From positions 1 through 38,025 of the IMG/VR virus record IMGVR_UViG_3300045410_000007: DNA of 38,025 nucleotides. One strand, written 5' to 3'. Within the stretch, counting starts at the first letter, position 1. Each line of letters opens with the position of its first letter. The translations under genes and the position numbers were made by a program. Shown piece after piece: positions 14,977-24,563 of this stretch. The DNA is from a virus. Its lineage: Duplodnaviria > Caudoviricetes. The notes below the pieces were generated by a model. It did not search any database. It saw nothing but the letters and a program-made list of their open reading frames with translations, and was not told where the DNA came from.

Positions 14977-15329
14977 TGCCGGTTTACGAAATTCAATGCC
15001 TCAACTGCGGTAAGCATGAAGATGTGTTCCGGCGTATAGCCGAGATGAATGACCTGCCGGAATGCTGCGGCACACCAATGAGCCGATGCCTTTCTGCCCC
15101 TTCCGTAATGGCTGATATTCAGCCGTACCGCTCTATGGCAACGGGAGAAATGATTACTTCCAGGACTCAGCATCGAAACCACCTGAAATCGCGTGGATTG
15201 GTCGAGATTGGCGACCAACACGAATCTCATCAGAAGCAAATGGATCAGCGCAAGGAAGATCAGAAAAAAGCCGAGGGTGTAAGACTCCGGCAAGAGATTG
15301 CAGCACGCTTAGATACCGCCACTAAATAG
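14976..15329 (+). CDS. FmdB-like zinc-ribbon protein
   Basis: MPVYEIQCLNCG...PECCG.PM.R. Confidence 0.85.
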   Translation: MPVYEIQCLNCGKHEDVFRRIAEMNDLPECCGTPMSRCLSAPSVMADIQPYRSMATGEMITSRTQHRNHLKSRGLVEIGDQHESHQKQMDQRKEDQKKAEGVRLRQEIAARLDTATK

Positions 15330-15340
15330 GAGAAAAGGCA

Positions 15341-16366
15341 ATGTACAAAAATCTGGAAACCCAGACCGCCGAAGATAGCAAAGAAGAACTGACCACGCAT
15401 GACATCGTAGCGGCCGAGATTGAGAAGCTGGAACAACAGCAGCAAGAGCCGGAAGAATCGTCTGAAGGCGTTGGCCGCGCCCGTGATGAGAGCGGCAAAT
15501 TCTCCAAGAAGCCTGAAGAACAGTCTGAGCCAGCCGAAAAGACAGAGCCAGAAGCAGAGCAAGAGCAAGAGACGAAGGTAGAAGAGAAGCCAGCACGTAA
15601 TCCTTATTCAAGCTGGAAGAAGGAAGCGCAAGCCGAGCTTTCAAAGCTTCCAGAAAACGTGCAGAGCATGATTCAGGAGCGCGAGGGCCAGTTCCATCGC
15701 GGCATCCAGCAATACAAGGAAGACGCGACGTATGGTCGGAATCTAAAGCAAGCTATCAGCCAGTACGAAGGCTATTTGCAAGAACTTGGCACAGAAGTGC
15801 ACCAGGCTATCCCTGCATTGCTGAACGCCGAAATGACGCTGCGCAAGGGTACGCCAGAGCAAAAAGCACAAATGCTGATGCAGTTGGCGCACGATTACGG
15901 GGTAAATGTCAATAACCTTGCACAAACTCCTTTTAATCCAGTAGAATATCAATTACGTCAGGAACTTGCTCAAATCAAGCAGCAAGTTTCTGGTTTAGGC
16001 CAATCTCGACAGATGGCGGAAGAAGCAAACCTTGGTCAAACGATTGAGCAGTTTGCAGATGGCAAAGAGTATTTTGAGGATGTGCGCGAAACAATGGCCG
16101 ATCTACTCGACCGTGGACTAGCAAACGACCTCGATGATGCTTATGCCAAAGCATTGCGTCTGAATGACGATGTTTTTCAAAAGTGGCAAGCCAATCAGCA
16201 AACCACCCAAGAACGTCAGCGTTTGGAGCAAGCAAATCAGGCTGCTAAAGCTGCCAAGGCTTCTGCTGTATCTGTCAAAGGATCTCCAACGGGTGTAACT
16301 CGTATGCCCGAACCAAAGACTACAGAAGATGCCGTTAGGTATGCGATGGCACAACTTGGACTGTAA
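15341..16366 (+). CDS. Capsid scaffolding protein
   Basis: Acidic N-terminus, RDESGKF motif, helical, directly before the capsid gene. Confidence 0.8.
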   Translation: MYKNLETQTAEDSKEELTTHDIVAAEIEKLEQQQQEPEESSEGVGRARDESGKFSKKPEEQSEPAEKTEPEAEQEQETKVEEKPARNPYSSWKKEAQAELSKLPENVQSMIQEREGQFHRGIQQYKEDATYGRNLKQAISQYEGYLQELGTEVHQAIPALLNAEMTLRKGTPEQKAQMLMQLAHDYGVNVNNLAQTPFNPVEYQLRQELAQIKQQVSGLGQSRQMAEEANLGQTIEQFADGKEYFEDVRETMADLLDRGLANDLDDAYAKALRLNDDVFQKWQANQQTTQERQRLEQANQAAKAAKASAVSVKGSPTGVTRMPEPKTTEDAVRYAMAQLGL

Positions 16367-16388
16367 TCTTTTGATATAGGAGGCCAAA

Positions 16389-17387
16389 ATGGCTTTTGCA
16401 AACACCGCAATCAGCGACATCATCGCTACTACCATCGAGAGCCGCACGAAATCGGCTCAAGATAACCTCACCAACAACAACGCCCTGCTGATGAAGCTGC
16501 AAGAACGCGGGAACGTGAAAACGATCTCCGGCGGTTCGACCATCCTGCAAGAACTGTACTACAACGACCCGAACACGAACTACGCTTCCTCGTATTCCGG
16601 TTACGAAACCATCAACATCAGTCCGGATAGCCCGATTTCCGCTTCGCAGTTCAACATGAAGCACTATGCTGACGCTGTGACGATTTCCGGCCCTGAGATG
16701 CTGCAAAACAGCGGCAAAGAGCAGATGATCGAGCTGATTGCGACCCGTGTCGAAATCGCACAATCCCGCCTGCGCAACAAGATCGACCTCGACCTGCATG
16801 CTGACGGAACTGGCAACGGCGGTAAGAATCTGGTCGGCTTGGCTGCGATGATTTCCACCAGCCCAAGCTCCGGCACTTACGGCGGCATTGACCGTGCCAC
16901 TTGGTCTTTCTGGCGTAACTACGCTACCACTTCGACCACTGTCAACGGTACCGCAGCGACTTCAAGCACCATTCAGAAGCTGATGAATACCGCTGCGCTG
17001 GCCGTGGTTCGTGGCACTGACCGTCCTGATTTGATTTATGCAGGTGCAACGGCTTACGAACTGTATCTGGAAAGCCTCCAGACCATCCAGCGTATTACCG
17101 ATGACAAGATGGCCGCTGCTGGCTTCTCTTCGCTGAAGTACTACGGCTCTGGCGGTACGGCAGATGTGGTTCTCGGTGGCGGTATCGGTGGCAATCAAAC
17201 CGCGACTCGCATGGACTTCATCAATACCAAGTTCGTGCATTTCCGTCCTCACAAGGATCGCAACTTTGTGCCTATCGGAGGCGATCGTCAGGCGGTCAAC
17301 CAAGATGCCGTTGTGCGTTTGATCGGCTTCTCTGGTGCGCTCACCTGCTCCGGCGCGCAATTCAACGCTACGGCCTCTACCCTGTAA
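16389..17387 (+). CDS. Major capsid protein
   Basis: 332 aa, AGGAGG RBS, strongly biased codons, YGGIDRATWSFWRN motif. Confidence 0.92.
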   Translation: MAFANTAISDIIATTIESRTKSAQDNLTNNNALLMKLQERGNVKTISGGSTILQELYYNDPNTNYASSYSGYETINISPDSPISASQFNMKHYADAVTISGPEMLQNSGKEQMIELIATRVEIAQSRLRNKIDLDLHADGTGNGGKNLVGLAAMISTSPSSGTYGGIDRATWSFWRNYATTSTTVNGTAATSSTIQKLMNTAALAVVRGTDRPDLIYAGATAYELYLESLQTIQRITDDKMAAAGFSSLKYYGSGGTADVVLGGGIGGNQTATRMDFINTKFVHFRPHKDRNFVPIGGDRQAVNQDAVVRLIGFSGALTCSGAQFNATASTL

Positions 17388-17402
17388 GAAAGGAGAATCA
17401 TC

Positions 17403-17915
17403 ATGGCATATACCATCATTGAAGGCCGCGTCGTTTCGCAACCGATTGCAGCAACTGAAACCACCATTGCGGCTGATGTTCCGCTGGGAACCATCGTCAA
17501 AGCCAAAGACCCGACGTATGGCGAAGGCGAGTTCATATACCTGCTTGGCGTGGCTTCTACCGAAGTCGGTTCGCTGGTGAAGTACAACGCAACCACCTAT
17601 CAGACCGCTCTGATTACCGTCGCAAACGGTGCAAACAAGGGCGTTCCGGTTGGCGTTGCGATGTCGGCAAACGTGGCATCCCAATACGGCTGGTATCAGA
17701 TCAGCGGCAATGCCGTTGTGAAAAAGACCACCGTTGCGGTGACTCCGCAAGTGCCTATCTTCATCTCGGCTACTTCTGGCCGCATGAAGGTTCTGGCATC
17801 CGCAGGCCAGCAGATTCTCGGCGCACAAACCGCTAATCTGGCGACCGTGGTGACTACGACCTCGACTGTTGTTGTGACGGTTAATCGCCCTCACACACAA
17901 GGCCAAATCACATAG
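17403..17915 (+). CDS. Capsid decoration/cement protein
   Basis: Follows the capsid gene; YGEGEFIYL and QYGWYQISG motifs. Confidence 0.75.
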   Translation: MAYTIIEGRVVSQPIAATETTIAADVPLGTIVKAKDPTYGEGEFIYLLGVASTEVGSLVKYNATTYQTALITVANGANKGVPVGVAMSANVASQYGWYQISGNAVVKKTTVAVTPQVPIFISATSGRMKVLASAGQQILGAQTANLATVVTTTSTVVVTVNRPHTQGQIT

Positions 17916-17931
17916 AGCCAGTGCGTTTTAC

Positions 17932-17956
17932 CTGCCCTTTCTTCTGAGAGGGCAGC
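17932..17956 (+). terminator. Hairpin after the head genes (weak terminator or processing site)
   Basis: CTGCCCTTTC/GAGAGGGCAG stem; no U-tract on +. Confidence 0.4.
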
Positions 17957-18041
17957 ATAAAGCGATGACTGACATAATCATATTTCTAGCACTCTACATG
18001 GGGATAATCCTTGCGATTATCTACCTTGAGGACATCGACCT

Positions 18042-18515
18042 TTGAGAATCGCTGTAATAGGCGGATTTGGAAAGGTCGGATCAGCCTTGGTCAACGGATT
18101 GCAAGGCCATGAGCTAACCATCACAGGCCGCAATAAAGGCCATCATTACGACCTTCGGCATCCTTCCATCCTTCCGCCTTGCGACGTTTCCTATATCGTC
18201 GCTTGCTCAATCAATGAGAGTGTTTACGGCCCAGAAGATATGTGGTTGGCAAACGTGGACGGTACGATACAGACAATCAAGAATCTAGAGAACCAAGGCG
18301 CGTTCGTCGTCTTTCTATCCTCTCAGGCTATTTATGCACGGAACGACAACTACGCCACGCATAAAAAGCTGGTGGAGATGTTCGTGCAAGGGAGGAGTGG
18401 GGCGATTGTTCGGCTTGGAACGGTTACTGATGACAATCTGCCCGACTTGGTTCAATGCCTAAAAAGTGTTGGTGAAAGAAAAACTTATGGCGTAACATTA
18501 TGGGGCAAAATCTGA
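18042..18515 (+). CDS. Short NAD-dependent epimerase/reductase (RmlD/SDR-like)
   Basis: GGFGKVG Rossmann motif, FLSS, catalytic YATHK. Confidence 0.85.
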   Translation: MRIAVIGGFGKVGSALVNGLQGHELTITGRNKGHHYDLRHPSILPPCDVSYIVACSINESVYGPEDMWLANVDGTIQTIKNLENQGAFVVFLSSQAIYARNDNYATHKKLVEMFVQGRSGAIVRLGTVTDDNLPDLVQCLKSVGERKTYGVTLWGKI

Positions 18516-18526
18516 AAGGAACCCCA

Positions 18527-18976
18527 ATGCTAGACCCAACGGCAACTCATCTCCCCGTATTTGAAAAACTGTTCGCTGAGTACCCCATAAAGAAAGTCTT
18601 AGAGTTCGGATGCGGACTCTATAGCACTCCTGCATTCATCAATAACGGAGTCGATGTAACATCCATCGAGATGCAGCACGAAAGCTGGTATCACAAGGTA
18701 AAAGAGGCTTTGCCGACTGCGGATATTCGCTTGGCACTTGGGCCGATGGAGTGGATGAAAGAGCCGCTTGAAGACCGCTATGACTTGATTTTCGTTGATG
18801 GGCATGGCGACTCCCGCCCTGAATGCCTGATGTGGGCCAAAGACCATACGGACTTGATAGTTGCGCACGATACTGAACATCCATATTACTGCTGGGATAG
18901 GGCGGATATGTCTGGCTTTAAAAAGACCGAATACAAGGATTATCCTGTTTGGACTACCGTATGGGTGCGCGAATGA
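18527..18976 (+). CDS. Class I SAM-dependent methyltransferase
   Basis: VLEFGCG motif I, YDLIFVDG, VAHD. Confidence 0.85.
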   Translation: MLDPTATHLPVFEKLFAEYPIKKVLEFGCGLYSTPAFINNGVDVTSIEMQHESWYHKVKEALPTADIRLALGPMEWMKEPLEDRYDLIFVDGHGDSRPECLMWAKDHTDLIVAHDTEHPYYCWDRADMSGFKKTEYKDYPVWTTVWVRE

Positions 18977-21045
18977 AAGTCAGTCTGATTCTCCCCTATT
19001 GGGATAGGCATGAAGCGGCAAACAAGGCTTTTGAAGAGCTTGAGCATTGCTATAGCTTAATGAAAGAGCTTGAAATAATCGTTGTCGATGATGGCAATAA
19101 AATACCGTTCGTTGTGCCGCAAACAAGCCTTAATGTCCGAGTTGTAAAACTTCCAGAAAAGCCAGAGCCTACCCCGCAATCTAAAGCATGGAATGCTGGC
19201 GTTGATGCGTCTACGGGCGAAATCATCGTTTTGAGCTGCATCGAGGTTCTGCACGAAGAGCCTATTCTAAGGCGATTGATTGGGCGACTCAAAGGCCCGA
19301 AAGATTACGTCATGGCATCGGCATGGTGTCCAGAGTTGGACGAGTGGCAATGTCATTCTTCAGTGACAAATGAGCTTATACCGGCTGGTGCTGGCCCATC
19401 TTTCTGCGCTGCTATCCATCGTGACTTCTTCTATGAGGTCGGCGGATTCGATGAGGCTTACCATGATGGCGCAGGATATGAGGATAAGGACTTCTTGAAA
19501 AAACTGGAAGCGGACGGAGCGAATTTCATCATGTGCGACGATTTGACCGTGATTCATCCAAAATCAGGCGCGACGATTAGATGGAGGGAAGATGGATTCA
19601 GAAGAAACGAGCAACTGTTCCGCACAAAATGGGGCTTTGACAAGCCTATCAATTTCGTATGCCTTAAAGCAGGAACCGCTTATTCCTCGGAATACGTCAA
19701 TATCCTCTTCGACATGGTTAGGCGTAACCTACGCGAAGGCTATCCAGGAACGTTCCACTGCATCACTGATAATCCTTCCGGACTACATGAGTCGATAAAG
19801 GTCATTCCTCTGCCTGATGATTTGGAAACGTGGTGGGGCAAGTTGTATATGTTCAAGCGCGGATTATTCCCTGATGGTTCACGTGTGCTGTTCATGGACT
19901 TGGATACGCTGATTATCGGCTCGTTGGAAGAGTTGCTAGGTTATCGTGGGAAATTCGCTACGTTACGCGATTTCTATTATCCTGACCGCGTTGGGCCTGC
20001 GATTATTGCATGGGAGGCAGGAGAGTTTGCCGCTTCGATTTGGGATGAATGGGTATCGGAAGGGAAGCCGAGGAATCCGATGGGAGATCTCTGGTGGATA
20101 AACCAGCTAGACCAAGGCAGATTTATCAAGGGGATTGATATTCTCCAAGATAAATATCCGACGATGTTTTGCTCCTACAAAAAGGACTGCAATCCATACC
20201 CTCCAAAGGGCGCAAAAGTCGTATGTTTCCACGGACAGCCGAAGCCATCAACTTGTGATGCTGGATGGGTTAAAAATATCTGGAAGATTGGCGGTGGGTG
20301 CGCAACAGAGCTTGAAGTTGTAGCAAACACAATCCTCAAGCAAGTCATGGACAACGTAGATCATGCGCGCAGTTTGGGGCTTCCTGAGTTGAGATTCTAT
20401 CCTTCGCACGATGGACATGCGGTTATTGTTGGAGGTGGGCCATCTCTCAAAAAAACCATTGATGAAGTTGAATGGCGCAAATCTATCGGTCAATTCGTTG
20501 TTGCTTGTAATGGAACCGCCAGATACCTGAACGAGCGCGGGATCACTCCAGACGCACAGATCATCATCGACGCAAGGCCGGAGAATAAGCGTTTTGTGGC
20601 GAAAGCTCGTAAATACTGGCTTGCCTCTCAATGTGACAGGGCTATTTTCCGTAAGGCCGGTAAACTCAATACCATGCTCTTTCACATGAACACCGAAGGA
20701 ATGCAGGATCACATGCCAGACGGGTCTTTGCTGATTAGCTCTGGAACTACGGTAGGACTGGCCGCGATGGTGGTAGCCTACACCGCCGGTTATCGTAAAA
20801 TCCACCTGTACGGATTCGATTCCAGTTATGAGGAAAATCACCACGCCTACCACCAGCCGGAAAATGATGATGATGCCTCGATTTTTGCCTCAGTGGATGG
20901 GGTCGAATACAGAACATCCCCGTGGATGGTAGTACAGGCCCAGCAATTTCAAGAAATCGCTACGCAATTAGCTGAGGAAGGGGTTATTATTACGGTACAC
21001 GGCGATGGATTGTTGCCGCATGTTGCCCGGCTCATGGTAGTATAA
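18973..21045 (+). CDS. Multi-domain glycosyltransferase (GT2 + second GT-A domain + Maf/MptE-like domain)
   Basis: IIVVDDG and GGFDE...YEDKD (GT2); WWGKL...FMDLD...FHGQPKP (GT-A); IVGGGPSL...GYRKIHLYGFD (Maf/DUF115-like). Confidence 0.88.
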   Translation: MKVSLILPYWDRHEAANKAFEELEHCYSLMKELEIIVVDDGNKIPFVVPQTSLNVRVVKLPEKPEPTPQSKAWNAGVDASTGEIIVLSCIEVLHEEPILRRLIGRLKGPKDYVMASAWCPELDEWQCHSSVTNELIPAGAGPSFCAAIHRDFFYEVGGFDEAYHDGAGYEDKDFLKKLEADGANFIMCDDLTVIHPKSGATIRWREDGFRRNEQLFRTKWGFDKPINFVCLKAGTAYSSEYVNILFDMVRRNLREGYPGTFHCITDNPSGLHESIKVIPLPDDLETWWGKLYMFKRGLFPDGSRVLFMDLDTLIIGSLEELLGYRGKFATLRDFYYPDRVGPAIIAWEAGEFAASIWDEWVSEGKPRNPMGDLWWINQLDQGRFIKGIDILQDKYPTMFCSYKKDCNPYPPKGAKVVCFHGQPKPSTCDAGWVKNIWKIGGGCATELEVVANTILKQVMDNVDHARSLGLPELRFYPSHDGHAVIVGGGPSLKKTIDEVEWRKSIGQFVVACNGTARYLNERGITPDAQIIIDARPENKRFVAKARKYWLASQCDRAIFRKAGKLNTMLFHMNTEGMQDHMPDGSLLISSGTTVGLAAMVVAYTAGYRKIHLYGFDSSYEENHHAYHQPENDDDASIFASVDGVEYRTSPWMVVQAQQFQEIATQLAEEGVIITVHGDGLLPHVARLMVV

Positions 21046-21069
21046 CTAACACTTAAAAAGGAGAAGTAA

Positions 21070-21600
21070 ATGGCTGACGACGGTATTGCATACGTTGGAG
21101 ACACCTCCGGCGATGAATTTCTTGATGTGACCTTCTACGAGAAGAATCACAACGGCAAAAATACTGTATTCGTCAATATCAAAGTTCCAGGCGATAAGAC
21201 GCTGGAAATTGACGAAGAAGCAACAGAGACACACAAGCGACGGTTCGGTCGTAAGTGGCAGATGTTTAATTCCATGCAGACCATGACCGGGACACCTGTG
21301 ATGGAATGGGACGATATCCCTGATGGTCTTAAGCATGAGATGAACTATCTCGGGTTCAAGTTCGTTGAGCAAGTCGCAGGCGCGCCTGATTCGGCTTTTG
21401 CGCGTGTTCCGGGTGGCACTCAATGGCGCGTCAAGGCACAAGCATTTCTGAATCGAGGGAAAGTGTCTGCTGATGACCTTATCAAGAAACAGCAAGAGCA
21501 GATCGACGTGCTCATTGCGAAGATGGAAGAATTGACCGGCGGCGCAGATGCTCCGGCAAAGCGTGGTCGTAAGCCGAAAGACGAACATCCGGAAGAATAA
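21070..21600 (+). CDS. Conserved hypothetical phage protein
   Basis: AAGGAG RBS; GTPVMEW motif; C-terminal KRGRKPK. Confidence 0.8.
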   Translation: MADDGIAYVGDTSGDEFLDVTFYEKNHNGKNTVFVNIKVPGDKTLEIDEEATETHKRRFGRKWQMFNSMQTMTGTPVMEWDDIPDGLKHEMNYLGFKFVEQVAGAPDSAFARVPGGTQWRVKAQAFLNRGKVSADDLIKKQQEQIDVLIAKMEELTGGADAPAKRGRKPKDEHPEE

Positions 21601-21613
21601 AGTGAGGTGAACG

Positions 21614-22522
21614 ATGGCAACGATGCTCAGTAACATTCAGGACGTATGCCTAGAGCTTGGGTTGCCGTCTACTTCCACCGTAGTTTCAAACTCGGACGAA
21701 TCTACCGTCCAGCTTCTCGCGCTGATGAATCGGGTAGGGAATACGCTTGCCACTGAACACGACTGGCAAGCTCTCGCATCTGAATATCGCTTCACCACTG
21801 TCTTCTATCAATACACCGGAGATGTAACTTCCGGCAGCACCACAATCAGCAACCTTTCCAGCGTAACCGGCATGACTACCGACTTCATGGTGTCAGGAAC
21901 CGGCATTATGCAAGATACGTTTGTGACTGCCGTAGGTGCAGACAGCGTAACGCTGAATATTGCCAGCACCTCGACAGCAACGGGCCAGACGTTTACATTC
22001 GGGCAGGTCAAGTATGCGATGCCTTCCGACTTCGCCCGTATCGTCAACAAAACCCAATACAACAAGTCTAACCGCTGGTCGGTAATCGGCCCGAAGGATG
22101 CGCAGGAATGGCAATGGCTGAAAGCCTCTTACGTGACCACCGGCCCCCGCATGCGTTATCGCATGATTGGCGATAAGTTTACCTTGTGGCCTATGCCAGC
22201 GTCTAACCTTGTGATGGGATTTGAGTATGTGTCAAAAAACTGGGCCACAGCCGCAGCGGGAACAGGCAAGGCAAAGTTTACCGCAGATGATGACACAAGC
22301 ATATTTCCCGATGCCTTGCTGATTCTCGGAACCAAGCTCAAATGGTTCGAGATCAAGGGATTCGACACGACAACGCTGTTTGCTGACTATCAGCGCGAGG
22401 TTAGCAAGTGGAAGGCTGCAGAGGCTGGCGCGGATACTCTGAGCCTTGCGCCGCAGTATGCGAATATCCTGCTGACTCAGAACAACCTGCCAGACACTGG
22501 CCTAGGAAACACTACGAGCTAA
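21614..22522 (+). CDS. Head-tail adaptor (tail tubular A-like)
   Basis: Position; HDWQAL, Y.MPSDF, GPKDAQEWQWLK motifs. Confidence 0.78.
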   Translation: MATMLSNIQDVCLELGLPSTSTVVSNSDESTVQLLALMNRVGNTLATEHDWQALASEYRFTTVFYQYTGDVTSGSTTISNLSSVTGMTTDFMVSGTGIMQDTFVTAVGADSVTLNIASTSTATGQTFTFGQVKYAMPSDFARIVNKTQYNKSNRWSVIGPKDAQEWQWLKASYVTTGPRMRYRMIGDKFTLWPMPASNLVMGFEYVSKNWATAAAGTGKAKFTADDDTSIFPDALLILGTKLKWFEIKGFDTTTLFADYQREVSKWKAAEAGADTLSLAPQYANILLTQNNLPDTGLGNTTS

Positions 22523-22524
22523 TC

Positions 22525-24075
22525 ATGCCAGCCAAACGCCGCGTCTCTCAAGTAGTGTCCATTCCCGCCCCAATCAAAGGGTGGAATGTCGTTGACCCTC
22601 TTCCTTCTATGAAACCAGAATATGCTCCAATCTTGGACAACATATTCTGCCTTCCTTCTGAGCTGCAAGTCCGCAAGGGCTACACTGAATGGGCGACATT
22701 TACCGGAACCGCTGAGACGTTGTTTGATTACGACAACCCGAACGGAACGGAAGAGCTATTTGCTGCTGTATCGAATGCCGGAACCTATGCTATTTATGAT
22801 GTTTCGGCTACTGGTGCAGTTGGTGCGGCAGTCGTTTCAGGGCTGTCTAATGCTCGCTTTCAGCATAGTCATTTTGCCACTTCTGGTGGGCTATTCACCT
22901 ACATTGTCAACGGCGCAGATAATGCCTATCTGTACGATGGCACGACATGGCAGCAGGTAACGGGCGTTTCTGCACCTTATGCGATTACCGGAGTTGATAC
23001 GGCTCTGTTTACTGATGTTGTTTCATTCAAGCGCAGATTGTGGTTTATAGAATCCGGCACGCTTTCTGCGTGGTATTTGGCTACCGATGCCATTGCTGGA
23101 GCGGCTACTGAGTTTAACTTTGCGCCGATATTCTCGCGTGGTGGCCATATTGTCAAAATCGACACTTGGACGCTCGATGCTGGTTATGGGGTGGACGATT
23201 ACCTCGTAATCTTTTCTTCTACCGGAGAGGTCGCGGTTTATCGAGGAACAGATCCTGCATCTGCTACCACTTGGGCTTTGACTGGCGTTTTCTACATTGG
23301 AGCTCCGGTTGGAGGTGGTAGAACCTGCAAATTCGGCGGCGACTTGCTGATTGCGAATTTTGACGGGATTGCTCAAATGTCGAAGTCGCTGATGAGTTCC
23401 CGCGTAAGCACACAATCTAGTCTGACGGACAAGGTACAGCCAGCATTGGCATCCTATGCCTCTCAGTATGGATCTAACTACGGGTGGGATATTTTGCTTT
23501 ATCCGCCGGAAAACATGCTTATTGTGAACGTGCCAAAGACAGACGGCACGTTCTATCAAGTGGTGATGAACACAATCTCCGGTGCGTGGTCGCGCTGGAC
23601 TAACATTCCTGCGGTGAGTTGGTACTTTGCGAACGAGACGCTGTATTTTGGAGCGAATGGCGCAGTTTATAAGATGTGGGAAACTCAAGCGGATAACGGG
23701 GATAGTATTGTTGCAGACGTTCTTCCAGCTTATCAGTCATTCGGAACAAACAGCAGGCTCAAGCGGTTCAATTTGGCCCGTGTTATTTTGGGTTACGATG
23801 GATCGATCAACTACGGCACTCGCATGGAGATGGACTTTAACCTGAATACCAATCCAGTGACGATGCCGCTATCCGTTGCGTCACCGGCTGGCGTTTATGG
23901 GGTTGGTGTGTATGGAACTGCGATTTACGGAGGATCGATCACCGTGAAACGGGATTGGAAGAACGCAAACGGACAGGGGTATTGGGGAAGCCTGCATACG
24001 CAAATTTCCACTAAGTATTCTGATGTTCGAGTTTACTCGATGGATTTGATGATGGAGTCCGGCGGCAATATCTGA
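22525..24075 (+). CDS. Tail nozzle / DNA stabilisation protein (P22 gp10-like)
   Basis: ~516 aa beta-rich, PAPIKGWN, FKRRLWF; follows the adaptor. Confidence 0.8.
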   Translation: MPAKRRVSQVVSIPAPIKGWNVVDPLPSMKPEYAPILDNIFCLPSELQVRKGYTEWATFTGTAETLFDYDNPNGTEELFAAVSNAGTYAIYDVSATGAVGAAVVSGLSNARFQHSHFATSGGLFTYIVNGADNAYLYDGTTWQQVTGVSAPYAITGVDTALFTDVVSFKRRLWFIESGTLSAWYLATDAIAGAATEFNFAPIFSRGGHIVKIDTWTLDAGYGVDDYLVIFSSTGEVAVYRGTDPASATTWALTGVFYIGAPVGGGRTCKFGGDLLIANFDGIAQMSKSLMSSRVSTQSSLTDKVQPALASYASQYGSNYGWDILLYPPENMLIVNVPKTDGTFYQVVMNTISGAWSRWTNIPAVSWYFANETLYFGANGAVYKMWETQADNGDSIVADVLPAYQSFGTNSRLKRFNLARVILGYDGSINYGTRMEMDFNLNTNPVTMPLSVASPAGVYGVGVYGTAIYGGSITVKRDWKNANGQGYWGSLHTQISTKYSDVRVYSMDLMMESGGNI

Positions 24076-24563
24076 TGAAGCAAATCGTACTTGAACCGAA
24101 GCAACTGCTGGGAGAATGGCTATGTGCCAGAACAGGCGGAACCTACACCGGAGAAGGTCAATATATCGGATTAGTCGAGAATGGGCAGATAATTGCCTGC
24201 GTAGGGTTTGAGGATTACAACGGCGCGTCTATCAGGATGCACGTTGCCGGAGAGGGTAAACGATGGATGACGAGAGAATATCGCAGATTCTGTTTTTGGT
24301 ATCCGTTCGAGCAGTTGAAGGTAAAAAAGATAATCGGCCTAGTATCGAGCAAAAACGAACAGGCTTTGAAATTTGATAAGCATTTAGGCATGGTGCATGA
24401 GGCAACGATTAAAGATGCCGTTCCAGATGGCGACTTGCTTATATTGACTTACACGAAAGAACAATGTAAATTCTTAGCAACTTCAGGCAACCCTGATGAG
24501 CGGACTTTGAAACGAAAGGACACTTATCATGGGCAGCAAATCATCTCCACCACCAGCACCTGA
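24075..24563 (+). CDS. GNAT-fold acetyltransferase-like protein
   Basis: FWYPFEQLKV...N..ALKF.KHLG..HE; usual position before ejection genes. Confidence 0.8.
   Translation: MKQIVLEPKQLLGEWLCARTGGTYTGEGQYIGLVENGQIIACVGFEDYNGASIRMHVAGEGKRWMTREYRRFCFWYPFEQLKVKKIIGLVSSKNEQALKFDKHLGMVHEATIKDAVPDGDLLILTYTKEQCKFLATSGNPDERTLKRKDTYHGQQIISTTST

Noticed and set aside
16962-17906. 314-aa minus-strand ORF
   Set aside because: Antisense shadow of the codon-biased capsid and decoration genes
24481-24530. Hammerhead-like CTGATGAG...CGAAA
   Set aside because: Stems I, II and III cannot be formed convincingly; lies in coding sequence and an RBS
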